This document shows positions 8,618 through 16,409 of a stretch of 29,541 nt of DNA, one piece after another. This stretch comes from a bacterium (GTDB taxonomy: Bacteria; Desulfobacterota; Deferrisomatia; Deferrisomatales; Deferrisomataceae). The first letter of the stretch is position 1. Every line of letters starts with the position of its first letter. The translations under genes and the position numbers were made by a program. Location: assembly GCA_027021615.1 (NCBI GenBank), contig JALUTY010000085.1, positions 1-29,541 of the forward strand, given 5' to 3'. The notes below the pieces were generated by a model. It did no database searches. It had not been told where the DNA came from and worked only from the letters and a program-made list of their open reading frames with translations.

Positions 8618-8809
8618 TCAGGTGAACCCGCCCCGGGGGGCGCAGGCCCCGCCCCCTGCCCCCTTGGTGTGGGTAACCACCGGGGCCCACTGGCGCTCCA
8701 TGGGTGCCCCGCACACCGGGCATCGGGGGGCATCGGCCCGGTCGCCGGAGCGAACCAGCACCTCGGTCTTCTCCCCGCATTGGGCGCACTGGAACTCGTA
8801 GAGCGGCAC
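8618..8809 (-). CDS. FmdB-family zinc-ribbon protein (63 aa)
   Basis: GTG start at 8809 is preceded by GAGGGA. N-terminus MPLYEFQCAQCG plus CPVCG gives two CxxC pairs, the signature of the CxxC_CxxC_SSSS putative regulatory family. Confidence 0.75.
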   Translation of the reverse strand: MPLYEFQCAQCGEKTEVLVRSGDRADAPRCPVCGAPMERQWAPVVTHTKGAGGGACAPRGGFT

Positions 8810-8819
8810 GGCCGTTCCC

Positions 8820-9149
8820 TCACACGACCCGGTTGAGCATCTCTTCGAGCTTCTGCCGGGGCACGGCCCCCACCACCTCGTCCACCACCTGGCCGTTTTG
8901 GAACAGCTTCAGGTTCGGGATGCCGCGCACGCCGTACTTGGCCGGGGTCTGGGGGTTGTCGTCCACATTCAGCTTGGCCACGATCACCTTGCCGTCGTAG
9001 GCGGCGGCCACCTCGTCGATCACGGGCCCCATCATTCGACACGGCCCGCACCAGGCCGCCCAAAAGTCCACTAGGACCGGCTTGTCGGCCTTGAGGACCC
9101 TCTCCTCGAAGTCGGCGTCGGTCACGTTGAGCACCTTGTCTCCTGCCAT
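8820..9149 (-). CDS. trxA: thioredoxin
   Basis: 109 aa with active site WAAWCGPC and a GIPNLKLF block. ATG 9149 is preceded by GAAGGAGAGAGGGAG. The track start at 9284 is an extension. Confidence 0.95.
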   Translation of the reverse strand: MAGDKVLNVTDADFEERVLKADKPVLVDFWAAWCGPCRMMGPVIDEVAAAYDGKVIVAKLNVDDNPQTPAKYGVRGIPNLKLFQNGQVVDEVVGAVPRQKLEEMLNRVV

Positions 9150-9293
9150 CTCCCTCTCTCCTTCGCTCCGGTTTCGTTTCGCGTCGTGGGGGCGGCCCGC
9201 CGACCGGCGGGTCAGCACGCGCCTCAGCCGCCTCCTCGAATCGTCCAGTATCCCACCACCACGATCAAGAGCAACCAGATCCACCCGTCCATC

Positions 9294-9551
9294 CTACTCC
9301 CCTTCGTCCCGCGCGCATTTCTCCCGGAGGAACCGGTGCAGGTCGATGTGGACCTCGCGGGGTACCTCGTCACGCTGGGCCGAGTACTTGTACAGGACCA
9401 CGGTCTTCTTGAGGGTGTTGAGGAACGCCACACAGGGGTTGCACCCCTCCATGTGGGCCTCGATCTCGGCACAGAGCGACGGGTCCAACTCCTCGTCGAT
9501 GTAGGCCGAGAGCTGCTCCAAGATCTCTTTGCACGTCAGTTTCCGGGTCAT
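9294..9551 (-). CDS. small cytoplasmic zinc-binding anti-sigma factor (ZAS, RsrA-like)
   Basis: 85 aa with no TM segment. Cys7 plus His33-x3-Cys37-x2-Cys40 (AHMEGCNPC) is the HxxxCxxC ZAS motif, with the same Cys-to-His spacing I recall for RsrA. ATG 9551 overlaps the sigma-gene stop (ATGA). Confidence 0.85.
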   Translation of the reverse strand: MTRKLTCKEILEQLSAYIDEELDPSLCAEIEAHMEGCNPCVAFLNTLKKTVVLYKYSAQRDEVPREVHIDLHRFLREKCARDEGE

Positions 9552-10150
9552 GGGGTCACCGCCCGCCCCCCGTGTTCCTCGCCGTCGGCGAAGTAAGGGC
9601 TCAGCTTTTCCCGTAAGTGGATCCGGGCCCGGTGCAGGCGGGTCTTCACCGCTCCCTCCGTGGTCCCGAGGATCTTCGCCGTGTCCGCCGTGCTCAGCCC
9701 CTCCACATCCCTCAGCAGCACCACTGCTCGATACAGGGGCGGCAGCTCCTGGATCGCCCGAACCAGCAGCTCACGGATCTCCCGCCGGAGCAATGCCTCC
9801 TTCGGGTCCACCGCCCAGTCACTCACCCCCCGCTGCCGGATCTCCTCGTGGGAAGGCAATGGGAGCTCCTCCCACGAGACGGTCTCGGGCTGTTTGCGCC
9901 GCAATCTCATCAGGGCGTGGTTCGTGGCGATTCGGTACAGCCACGTAGAGAACGCGGCGTTGCCCCGGAACGAGCCGAGCTTCTTGTAGGCGCTGAGATA
10001 TGTCTCCTGCAGCAGCTCCCGCGCGTCCTCCGGGTTGCCGGTCATGCGCAGTAGCAGGCTGTAGATCCTGCCCTCGGTGCGGGTAACCAGCGCCTCGAAG
10101 GCCTCGAAGTCGCCTGCTCGAGCCCGCTCCACCAACCAGGTTTCGTCCAT
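9548..10150 (-). CDS. ECF-type RNA polymerase sigma-70 family factor
   Basis: Region 2 (ELLQETYLSAYKKL, FSTWLYRIATN) and region 4 (LPPLYRAVVLLRDVEGLSTADTAKILGTTEGAVKTRLHRAR) are present. ATG 10150 is preceded by AAGGA. Confidence 0.9.
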   Translation of the reverse strand: MDETWLVERARAGDFEAFEALVTRTEGRIYSLLLRMTGNPEDARELLQETYLSAYKKLGSFRGNAAFSTWLYRIATNHALMRLRRKQPETVSWEELPLPSHEEIRQRGVSDWAVDPKEALLRREIRELLVRAIQELPPLYRAVVLLRDVEGLSTADTAKILGTTEGAVKTRLHRARIHLREKLSPYFADGEEHGGRAVTP

Positions 10151-10304
10151 TGCGACATCCTTACGATGCAGGTGGGGGCCTCGGGGTTACGGGCGCGTCC
10201 GAAGCATAAAGGAGGGGCTGGTCCTGCGCAAGAAACCCAGGAATGCCGCGGCGGCTTCGAGAGGGCACGTTTGCGGTCTTGGGGGGCAAAAAAGGGGTGG
10301 CTCA

Positions 10305-10350
10305 CCACAATATGTCGTGGTATTATTTGGCCGCCCACAAGATGTGGCGC
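10305..10350 (+). promoter_or_regulatory. two putative NrdR boxes overlapping a candidate nrdD promoter
   Basis: Box 1, CCACAATATGTCGTGG (10305-10320), matches about 12 of 16 positions of the acaCwAtATaTwGtgt consensus as I recall it. Box 2, CCACAAGATGTGGCGC (10335-10350), is weaker and starts 30 bp downstream. A TATTAT -10-like hexamer sits at 10321-10326. Confidence 0.5.
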
Positions 10351-10399
10351 TTTTCTTCCCTCCTAACCCCCTGTTTTCCCTACGGAAGGAGCGACGGTC

Positions 10400-12544
10400 A
10401 TGGGCGAGGTCATGGAGCTCAACCGAGGAGGCCCGGTGCCCCGCGATTCGGACGCCACCGACCGGGTGCTGTTCGTCCGAACCTCGGACATGGAGATCGT
10501 CAACTGGGACCGGAGCCGTATCGTGGAGGCGCTGGTTCGGGAGACGTTCCTCGATCGGGACACGGCCGAACGGGTGGCCGAGGCGGTGGACCAGATGATC
10601 CACCGATCTCGGATCCAGGTGCTCACTGCGCCCCTGATCCGTGAGCTGGTGGACGCGAAGCTGATCGAGATGGGCCTCGAGAGCGCCCGCCGGATGCACA
10701 CCCGGCTCGGCATGCCCCTGTACGACGTGGAGGAGCTGCTGGTCGCTCCCAACAGGGAGAACGCCAACGTTCCCCACGGACCCGAGGCCACCAACCTGAC
10801 CCTGGCCGAGAACATCAAGAAGGAGTATGCGCTCCTGGCCGTGTTCAGCCAGGAGGTGGCCGACGCCCACATGCGCGGCGACCTCCACCTGCACGACCTC
10901 GGGTTCATCGACCGGCCCTACTGCTCGGGCCAGAGCCTGGAGTATCTCAAGAGGTTCGGTCTGAACCTGCCCAACAGCTTGGCCAATGCCCGGCCGGCCA
11001 AGCACCCCGAGGTGCTTCTGGCCCACATGGTCAAGTTCTCGGCCGCGCTCCAGTCCAACTTCGCAGGCGCCATCGGCTGGGACGCGGTGAACCTGTTCTT
11101 TGCTCCCTACCTGGAGGGGCTTCCGGACCGGGACGTGGAGCAGCTCGCCCAGATGTTGATTTTCGAGTACTCCCAGCAGGCCGTGGCCCGGGGAGGGCAG
11201 GCGATTTTCTCGGACATCAATCTGTATTGGGAGGTTCCCAAGCACTTCCAGGACGTGCCGGCCATCGGTCCCGGCGGCGAGTACACGGGCAAGACCTACG
11301 GCGACTACGAGAAGGAGGCCCAGCGGTTCCTGTGGAAGCTGTTCGACGTGTACGCCGAGGGCGACGCATCGGGCCGGCCGTTCTTCTTTCCGAAGCCCCT
11401 TGTCCACATCACGGAGAAGTTCTTCCAGACCGAGGGACACGAGCGGTTCCTCCACCGGATCTGCGAGGTGGCGGCCGAGAAGGGCAACACTTACTTCGTG
11501 TTCGACCGGGGGGACACGGCCAAGATCTCCGAGTGCTGCCGGCTGGCGTTCAAGCTGGAGAAGTCGGACCTGGAGGACGCCAAGCAGCCCTGGCGGATGC
11601 GGTACTCGGCCCTCCAGAACGTGACCCTGAACCTCCCCCGGATCGCGTACCGGGCGGGGGGCGACGACACCCGTCTGTTCCAGCAGCTGACAGAGAGGAT
11701 GGAGCTGGCCGCCCAGGCCCACCTGCAGAAGAAGGCTTTTATCGAGCGCCTGCTGAGCCAGGGGGAGCGGGGCCCCCTGTCGCTTCTGACCATGAACCGG
11801 GACGGCCAGCCCTACCTGAGGATGCACCGGGTGAGCTACCTGCTCGGCATGGTAGGGCTCAACGAGATGGTCAAGATCCACACCGGCCAGGAGCTCCACG
11901 GCAGCGAGGAGGCGTTTCGGTTCGGGCTGAAGGTGATCGCCCACATGAAGCTCACGGCTGACAAGCTCGCCCGGAAGCACGGTATGCACTTCGTGCTGGA
12001 GCAGACCCCGGCCGAGTCCACGGCCTACCGGTTCGCCAAGCTGGACCTCAAGTACTACTCTCCGGCGGCCGGCTCGGCCGTTCGGGGCGACGTGGCCCGG
12101 GGCGAGGTGTACTACACCAACTCCACCCAGCTCCACGTGGGCAGCCCCACCAACCCGGTGGACCGGGTCCGGCTGGAGGGCCTGTTCCACCCGCTCATCG
12201 AGGCCGGGGCGATCACCCACCTGTGGTTGGGGGAGGAGAGGCCCCATCCCGAGAGCTTGGCCCGGTTCGTGATGAAGATCTTCCGCAACACCCATAACGA
12301 CCAGGTGGCGTTCAGCCCCGAGTTCACCACCTGCGTGGCGTGCGCCCGCACGAGCCGGGGGCTGTCGGAGACCTGCCCGCACTGCGGCAGCGACGAGGTG
12401 GAGGGGATCACCCGGATCACCGGCTACTTCACCAAGATCAGCTCGTGGAACAAGGGCAAGATCGGCGAGCTCCACGATCGGCAGCGCACGGCGGGCTACT
12501 TCTCCGGCGCCCCCTCCGCCGGGGCCGGCGCGGCAGAGGCGTGA
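10400..12544 (+). CDS. nrdD: anaerobic (class III) ribonucleoside-triphosphate reductase
   Basis: ATG 10400 is preceded by GGAAGGAG. There is an N-terminal ATP-cone (MEIVNWDRSRIVEALV...), a C-terminal Zn ribbon CVAC...CPHC and the glycyl-radical motif TRITGYF. Confidence 0.95.
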   Translation: MGEVMELNRGGPVPRDSDATDRVLFVRTSDMEIVNWDRSRIVEALVRETFLDRDTAERVAEAVDQMIHRSRIQVLTAPLIRELVDAKLIEMGLESARRMHTRLGMPLYDVEELLVAPNRENANVPHGPEATNLTLAENIKKEYALLAVFSQEVADAHMRGDLHLHDLGFIDRPYCSGQSLEYLKRFGLNLPNSLANARPAKHPEVLLAHMVKFSAALQSNFAGAIGWDAVNLFFAPYLEGLPDRDVEQLAQMLIFEYSQQAVARGGQAIFSDINLYWEVPKHFQDVPAIGPGGEYTGKTYGDYEKEAQRFLWKLFDVYAEGDASGRPFFFPKPLVHITEKFFQTEGHERFLHRICEVAAEKGNTYFVFDRGDTAKISECCRLAFKLEKSDLEDAKQPWRMRYSALQNVTLNLPRIAYRAGGDDTRLFQQLTERMELAAQAHLQKKAFIERLLSQGERGPLSLLTMNRDGQPYLRMHRVSYLLGMVGLNEMVKIHTGQELHGSEEAFRFGLKVIAHMKLTADKLARKHGMHFVLEQTPAESTAYRFAKLDLKYYSPAAGSAVRGDVARGEVYYTNSTQLHVGSPTNPVDRVRLEGLFHPLIEAGAITHLWLGEERPHPESLARFVMKIFRNTHNDQVAFSPEFTTCVACARTSRGLSETCPHCGSDEVEGITRITGYFTKISSWNKGKIGELHDRQRTAGYFSGAPSAGAGAAEA

Positions 12545-12636
12545 TCCCGGCTCTGCGGCAGACCCCATACCGCCTGGACTGTGGCGCCGTAAAGCAGAGC
12601 TGTTTGAAACGTTCAGGAGACAAAAGAAGCTTTTCG

Positions 12637-12660
12637 CCTTCTAGCGTTCTAGCTTTCCAG
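12637..12660. repeat. 8-nt-phased CTAG micro-array (3 units)
   Basis: CCTTCTAG|CGTTCTAG|CTTTCCAG, in the nrdD-grx spacer. Confidence 0.6.
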
Positions 12661-12692
12661 CGGGTCGAAGGCCCTGAATACTGGAGGATCCC

Positions 12693-12947
12693 ATGACGCT
12701 GTTCACGAAGGTCGGGTGCGGGAAGTGCGAGTACGTGAAGGAGCGGGTGGACCTGGCCGCCCTGGGCGTGGCGGTGGAGGAGCTGGGTCCGGAGAACCCG
12801 GACGCCCTGGCCCACCTGGCCTGGCATGGGCTGGTGAACGTGGCCGAGAGCAATCTGCCGATCCTGGTGCTGGAGGACTCGAGCTACCTCACGGGAGCCG
12901 TGCAGATCCGCAAGTACCTGGAGGGCCTGGGGGGGCAGGCCGCATAG
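12693..12947 (+). CDS. glutaredoxin/NrdH-like thioredoxin-fold protein (84 aa)
   Basis: ATG 12693 is preceded by TGGAGGA. N-terminal MTLFTKVGCGKCEYVK carries a CxxC redox motif in the position typical of glutaredoxin-like proteins. It sits between nrdD and nrdG. Confidence 0.7.
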   Translation: MTLFTKVGCGKCEYVKERVDLAALGVAVEELGPENPDALAHLAWHGLVNVAESNLPILVLEDSSYLTGAVQIRKYLEGLGGQAA

Positions 12948-13054
12948 CCGGCCCGTGCCGGGTGTGCCGCCCTGGTGGCGGACGCGGCCCGGGATCGACC
13001 GGTGTGCAAGGGGCGACGGGCGCGTCGCCCCTCGTCGTTCGAGCGGAGGCCGAG

Positions 13055-13819
13055 GTGGCGTCACTCCCGGAGATCAAAGGATTCCTGGAAACCTCCTTCA
13101 CGGACTGGAGGGGCCGGGTGGCTGCGGTGGTGTTCCTGGCCCGGTGCAACTTCCGGTGCCCGTACTGCCACAACCACCGGATCGTGACCTCGCCCCACGA
13201 GGTGCCCACCTGGCCGTGGCTGGAGGTGAAAAGCCGCCTGAGCCGGCTCCGGGGGTGGGTGGATGGGGTGTGTGTGACCGGGGGCGAGCCGACGCTCCAC
13301 CCGGGGCTCCCGGCCCTGCTGGAGCGGTTCCGCGCCCTGGGGTTCCGGATCAAGCTCGACACCAACGGGTCCCGGCCCGGGGTGTTGGCGTCGCTGCTGG
13401 AGGCGGGGTTGGTGGACCAGGTGGCCCTGGACGTAAAGGCGCCCCTGGAGCCCGTGCCTTACCGCCGCAACGCCGGCTCCGGTTCGGACCCAGAGATCGT
13501 GGCCGCCACCTTGGAGCTCCTGTCGCCCCTGTCCGTGCCCTTGGAGCTGCGTACCACGGTCCACCCGGCGCTCCTCAGCCGGGAGGAGCTATGCCGGTTG
13601 GGTAAGGATCTGGGGCGGAGGTTTGGGGGGCGGCCCGGGCAGGTGCGGTGGATCCTCCAGCGGTGCCGAGCCGAGGAGGTGCTGGACCCAGGGCTGCGGA
13701 GCGCGCCGCTGCTGTCCCCCGAGGAGTTCGCGGTGTGGGAGCACGCGGCCCGTGCGGCGTTCTCTGAGGTAGATCCCATGCCAGTCGGGGCGTTGGCGAC
13801 AGCCCGGAAACCCGGGTGA
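13055..13819 (+). CDS. nrdG: anaerobic ribonucleotide reductase activating protein (radical SAM)
   Basis: GTG 13055 is preceded by GCGGAGG. The radical-SAM cluster motif is CNFRCPYCHN, with GVCVTGGEPT also present. The track start at 12716 would overlap the grx-like gene and is rejected; GTG 13004 is a weaker alternative. Confidence 0.85.
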   Translation: MASLPEIKGFLETSFTDWRGRVAAVVFLARCNFRCPYCHNHRIVTSPHEVPTWPWLEVKSRLSRLRGWVDGVCVTGGEPTLHPGLPALLERFRALGFRIKLDTNGSRPGVLASLLEAGLVDQVALDVKAPLEPVPYRRNAGSGSDPEIVAATLELLSPLSVPLELRTTVHPALLSREELCRLGKDLGRRFGGRPGQVRWILQRCRAEEVLDPGLRSAPLLSPEEFAVWEHAARAAFSEVDPMPVGALATARKPG

Positions 13820-13888
13820 TTTGCGGGTGTTCGGCCCACGACTGAAGTTCCTGGAGAAGCCGAAGGCGGGATGGGGGCCGCGGGGGCG

Positions 13889-15346
13889 CTAGCCGGCCGA
13901 TCCCCCCGGCCCTCGGCCAGGCACGAAGTCTCGCCGTGACAGACCGTACCGGGCCATCTTGCGCTCGATGGTCCGCCGGGACAGGCCCGAGGCCTGGATC
14001 AGATTCTTGATCCGGCCTCCGAACCTCCGCAGGTTGTGCTCCAGGTACGCCCGTTCGAACTCCTCCACCACCCGCCCCAGCGCCTCGTCGAACGGCAGCT
14101 CCCACTCGGCCGGAGCCCCGGAGGCCTGGGCAAAGGCCTCCGCTCCCATGGCCTCGCGCAGGTGGGACTCGTGGATGATCTTGCCCCGCCCCATCACCAC
14201 GGCGCTCTCGATGATGTTCCGGAGCTCGCGCACGTTGCCGGGGTAGTCGTACCGCTGAAGGGTGCGGGCGGCCCGGGGGTCGATGTCCTCGAACCCCTTC
14301 CCGTAGGCCCGGGCGAACCGCTGGAGGAACGCGTGGGCCAGGAGCAGGATGTCCTCCCGCCGCTCCCGCAGGGGCGGCAGCTCGATGTGTACGACCCGCA
14401 ACCGATAGTAGAGGTCGTTCCGGAACGAGCCGGCCTGTACCGCCTCGTGGAGCCTCCGGTTGGTGGCGGCCACGATTCGCACGTCCACCGGCCTAGGTCG
14501 GGTCTCGCCCACCCGGGTCACGGCCGAGTCCTGGAGCACCCGCAGCAGCTTCACCTGGAGCCGGGGATCCATCTCTCCGATCTCGTCCAGGAACAGGGTG
14601 CCGCAAGAGGCGGCCTCGAAGTAACCCTGGCGGTCCGCATGGGCGCCGGTGAACGCTCCCCGCACGTGGCCGAACAGCTCGGACTCCAGGAGGTTGCCGG
14701 GGATCGCCCCGCAGTTCACCGGCACGAACGGTCCGCCCGCCCGGCGGGACTCGGCGTGGATGGCCCGGGCGACCAGCTCCTTGCCGGTGCCCGACTCCCC
14801 CTCGAGCAGCACGGTGGCATCCGTGCGGGCGGCCCGGCGCACCCGCTCGAACACCCGGAGCATCGCGGGGCTCCGGCCCAGGAGCTCCCCCTGCAGCAAA
14901 GCTGCGGCCTTCTCCCGGCGAAGCGCCCGCACCTCGTCGCGCAGGCCCTTCATCTCGAGCGCCCGGCGCACTACGTGGAGGATCTCCTCCGGTAGGAGGG
15001 GCTTGCGCAGGTAGTCGAAGGCCCCCTCCCGCATCACCTCCACCGCGGAGTCCACCGAGGCGTGGGCTGTGATGACAAGGATCTCGGTTTCGGGCTGGGT
15101 GGACTTGGTCACCCGGACCACGTGCTCCCCCCCCCGGCCGCCCAGCACCAGGTCGGTGATCACCAGGTCGAAGGGGGCTCCCGAAAGGAGAAGCTCTGCC
15201 TGCTCGGCCGAGCTGGCCGTCTCCACGGTATAGCCCTCCCGCTCCAGCACCCGGCGGAGGAGGTCGAGCATGCCGGCCTCGTCGTCCACCACCAGGATCC
15301 GGGGAACGTGTTCCGCGGCCTTCTCAGCCTGTCGGGGATGGGCCAT
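13889..15346 (-). CDS. sigma-54-dependent response regulator (NtrC family)
   Basis: ATG 15346 is preceded by GAGGA. Features: receiver domain (ILVVDDE, DLVITDLVL), AAA+ Walker A GESGTGKE, sigma-54 contact loop GAFTGA, and a C-terminal Fis-type HTH (ASGLSRRTIERKMARYGL). The track start at 15646 is an extension. Confidence 0.9.
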   Translation of the reverse strand: MAHPRQAEKAAEHVPRILVVDDEAGMLDLLRRVLEREGYTVETASSAEQAELLLSGAPFDLVITDLVLGGRGGEHVVRVTKSTQPETEILVITAHASVDSAVEVMREGAFDYLRKPLLPEEILHVVRRALEMKGLRDEVRALRREKAAALLQGELLGRSPAMLRVFERVRRAARTDATVLLEGESGTGKELVARAIHAESRRAGGPFVPVNCGAIPGNLLESELFGHVRGAFTGAHADRQGYFEAASCGTLFLDEIGEMDPRLQVKLLRVLQDSAVTRVGETRPRPVDVRIVAATNRRLHEAVQAGSFRNDLYYRLRVVHIELPPLRERREDILLLAHAFLQRFARAYGKGFEDIDPRAARTLQRYDYPGNVRELRNIIESAVVMGRGKIIHESHLREAMGAEAFAQASGAPAEWELPFDEALGRVVEEFERAYLEHNLRRFGGRIKNLIQASGLSRRTIERKMARYGLSRRDFVPGRGPGGSAG

Positions 15347-15362
15347 GGGTCCTCGGTATGAA

Positions 15363-15390
15363 CCCCGGGGCCCGATCCGGGGCCCCGGGG
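15363..15390 (-). terminator. GC-rich hairpin between the porin gene and the regulator gene (weak terminator or processing site)
   Basis: CCCCGGGGCC (15363-15372) pairs with GGCCCCGGGG (15381-15390). There is no U-tract, so it may only attenuate. Confidence 0.3.
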
Positions 15391-15402
15391 AAGCGGAGAT
15401 CG

Positions 15403-16347
15403 TCAGAACACCCACACGACGTTGAGCCAGGTGCTCGATCCCTCGGGCATGTTCTTGCCATCGAACTCCCAAAGTTGCTTGGCCACCACGCTGAACCGTC
15501 CCTGGTTCGGCCACCACTTGAGCCCAGGGCCGATCGCGGCCAGCCGGCTGCGGTCGGAGTTCTCTTTCCCGTCGATCTCGTCGTCGGTGGTCTGCCAATA
15601 GTAGAACCCGTTCACCCCGAACCGCCAGCCCGGCTTGGGGGACCATCCCACGGCCCAGTCGAAGTGGAACTCCTGGCCCGGGTCGAGATCCACCTCTTTT
15701 GTGCTGCCGGCCGGCAGGTACTCATCGTTGGTGGTGTTGAAGTCGTACATGAGCTTCACGGAGAAGTCGAACCCGTTCCACAGGTAGGTGGCTGCTAGCA
15801 CCGGCTCGAACGTCCAGTGGTTTCGCGACAGGAGCTGGGTGGATGCGTCCTCGTTGTCGTAGTTCCCGGTGGGGGCCCAGATGTCCACGGCGAACACGGT
15901 GTGGAAGTTCGGGCCGAAGTGCCACCCCAAAATGAACGGGCTGAAAATGATGTCACCGAGCCCTCCGCTGGACTCATCCACCAGGCTCGTGCCTCCGGCC
16001 TTCACATCCACGTCCGCGGTGTAGAAGGGAATGAAGGCGTGCGCCCCCCACGAGGCGCCCAGGATCTTGTAGGGGCTGACCCAGATGAACCGGGGGATCG
16101 CTGCGAACACGCTCGCGTCGAACTCCACGGGGGTCTTTTTGCCCTCGTTGTCCATGAGCCGGTCCTTGTTGATATAGACGAGATAGTTCTTGAAGTAGAT
16201 CCCGGGCGGGGGCAGGGCGCCCACCACGAAGTCCTCGGCTCCGTTGGGGTAGTGCTGGCCTCCGCCGGCTACGGCGGAGCCCGCGCACAGCGTGAGCCCC
16301 AGGACCAATCCGGTCCACCACCAGGTCATGCCGCGTCCTCTTCTCAT
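15403..16347 (-). CDS. outer-membrane beta-barrel channel, 'MetA-pathway of phenol degradation' (Phenol_MetA_deg-like) family
   Basis: ATG 16347 is preceded by AAGGAGGAAGG. There is a signal peptide (WWWTGLVLGLTLCAGSAVA), an N-terminal HYPNGAEDFVVGALPPPGIYFKNY block as I recall for this family, alternating aromatic/hydrophilic strands and a C-terminal aromatic residue (…VVWVF). Confidence 0.7.
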   Translation of the reverse strand: MRRGRGMTWWWTGLVLGLTLCAGSAVAGGGQHYPNGAEDFVVGALPPPGIYFKNYLVYINKDRLMDNEGKKTPVEFDASVFAAIPRFIWVSPYKILGASWGAHAFIPFYTADVDVKAGGTSLVDESSGGLGDIIFSPFILGWHFGPNFHTVFAVDIWAPTGNYDNEDASTQLLSRNHWTFEPVLAATYLWNGFDFSVKLMYDFNTTNDEYLPAGSTKEVDLDPGQEFHFDWAVGWSPKPGWRFGVNGFYYWQTTDDEIDGKENSDRSRLAAIGPGLKWWPNQGRFSVVAKQLWEFDGKNMPEGSSTWLNVVWVF

Positions 16348-16409
16348 GCGCCTTCCTCCTTTCCTTGCGAAGGGGGAGCTCCGGGCTCCCCGCAGGGGGG
16401 GTGTCAGCC

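Noticed and set aside
12716-13054. Long N-terminal extension of the nrdG ORF overlapping the glutaredoxin-like gene
   Set aside because: The extension is Gly/Arg/Pro junk in another frame of a well-supported gene. The NrdG-like sequence begins at GTG 13055, behind GGAGG.
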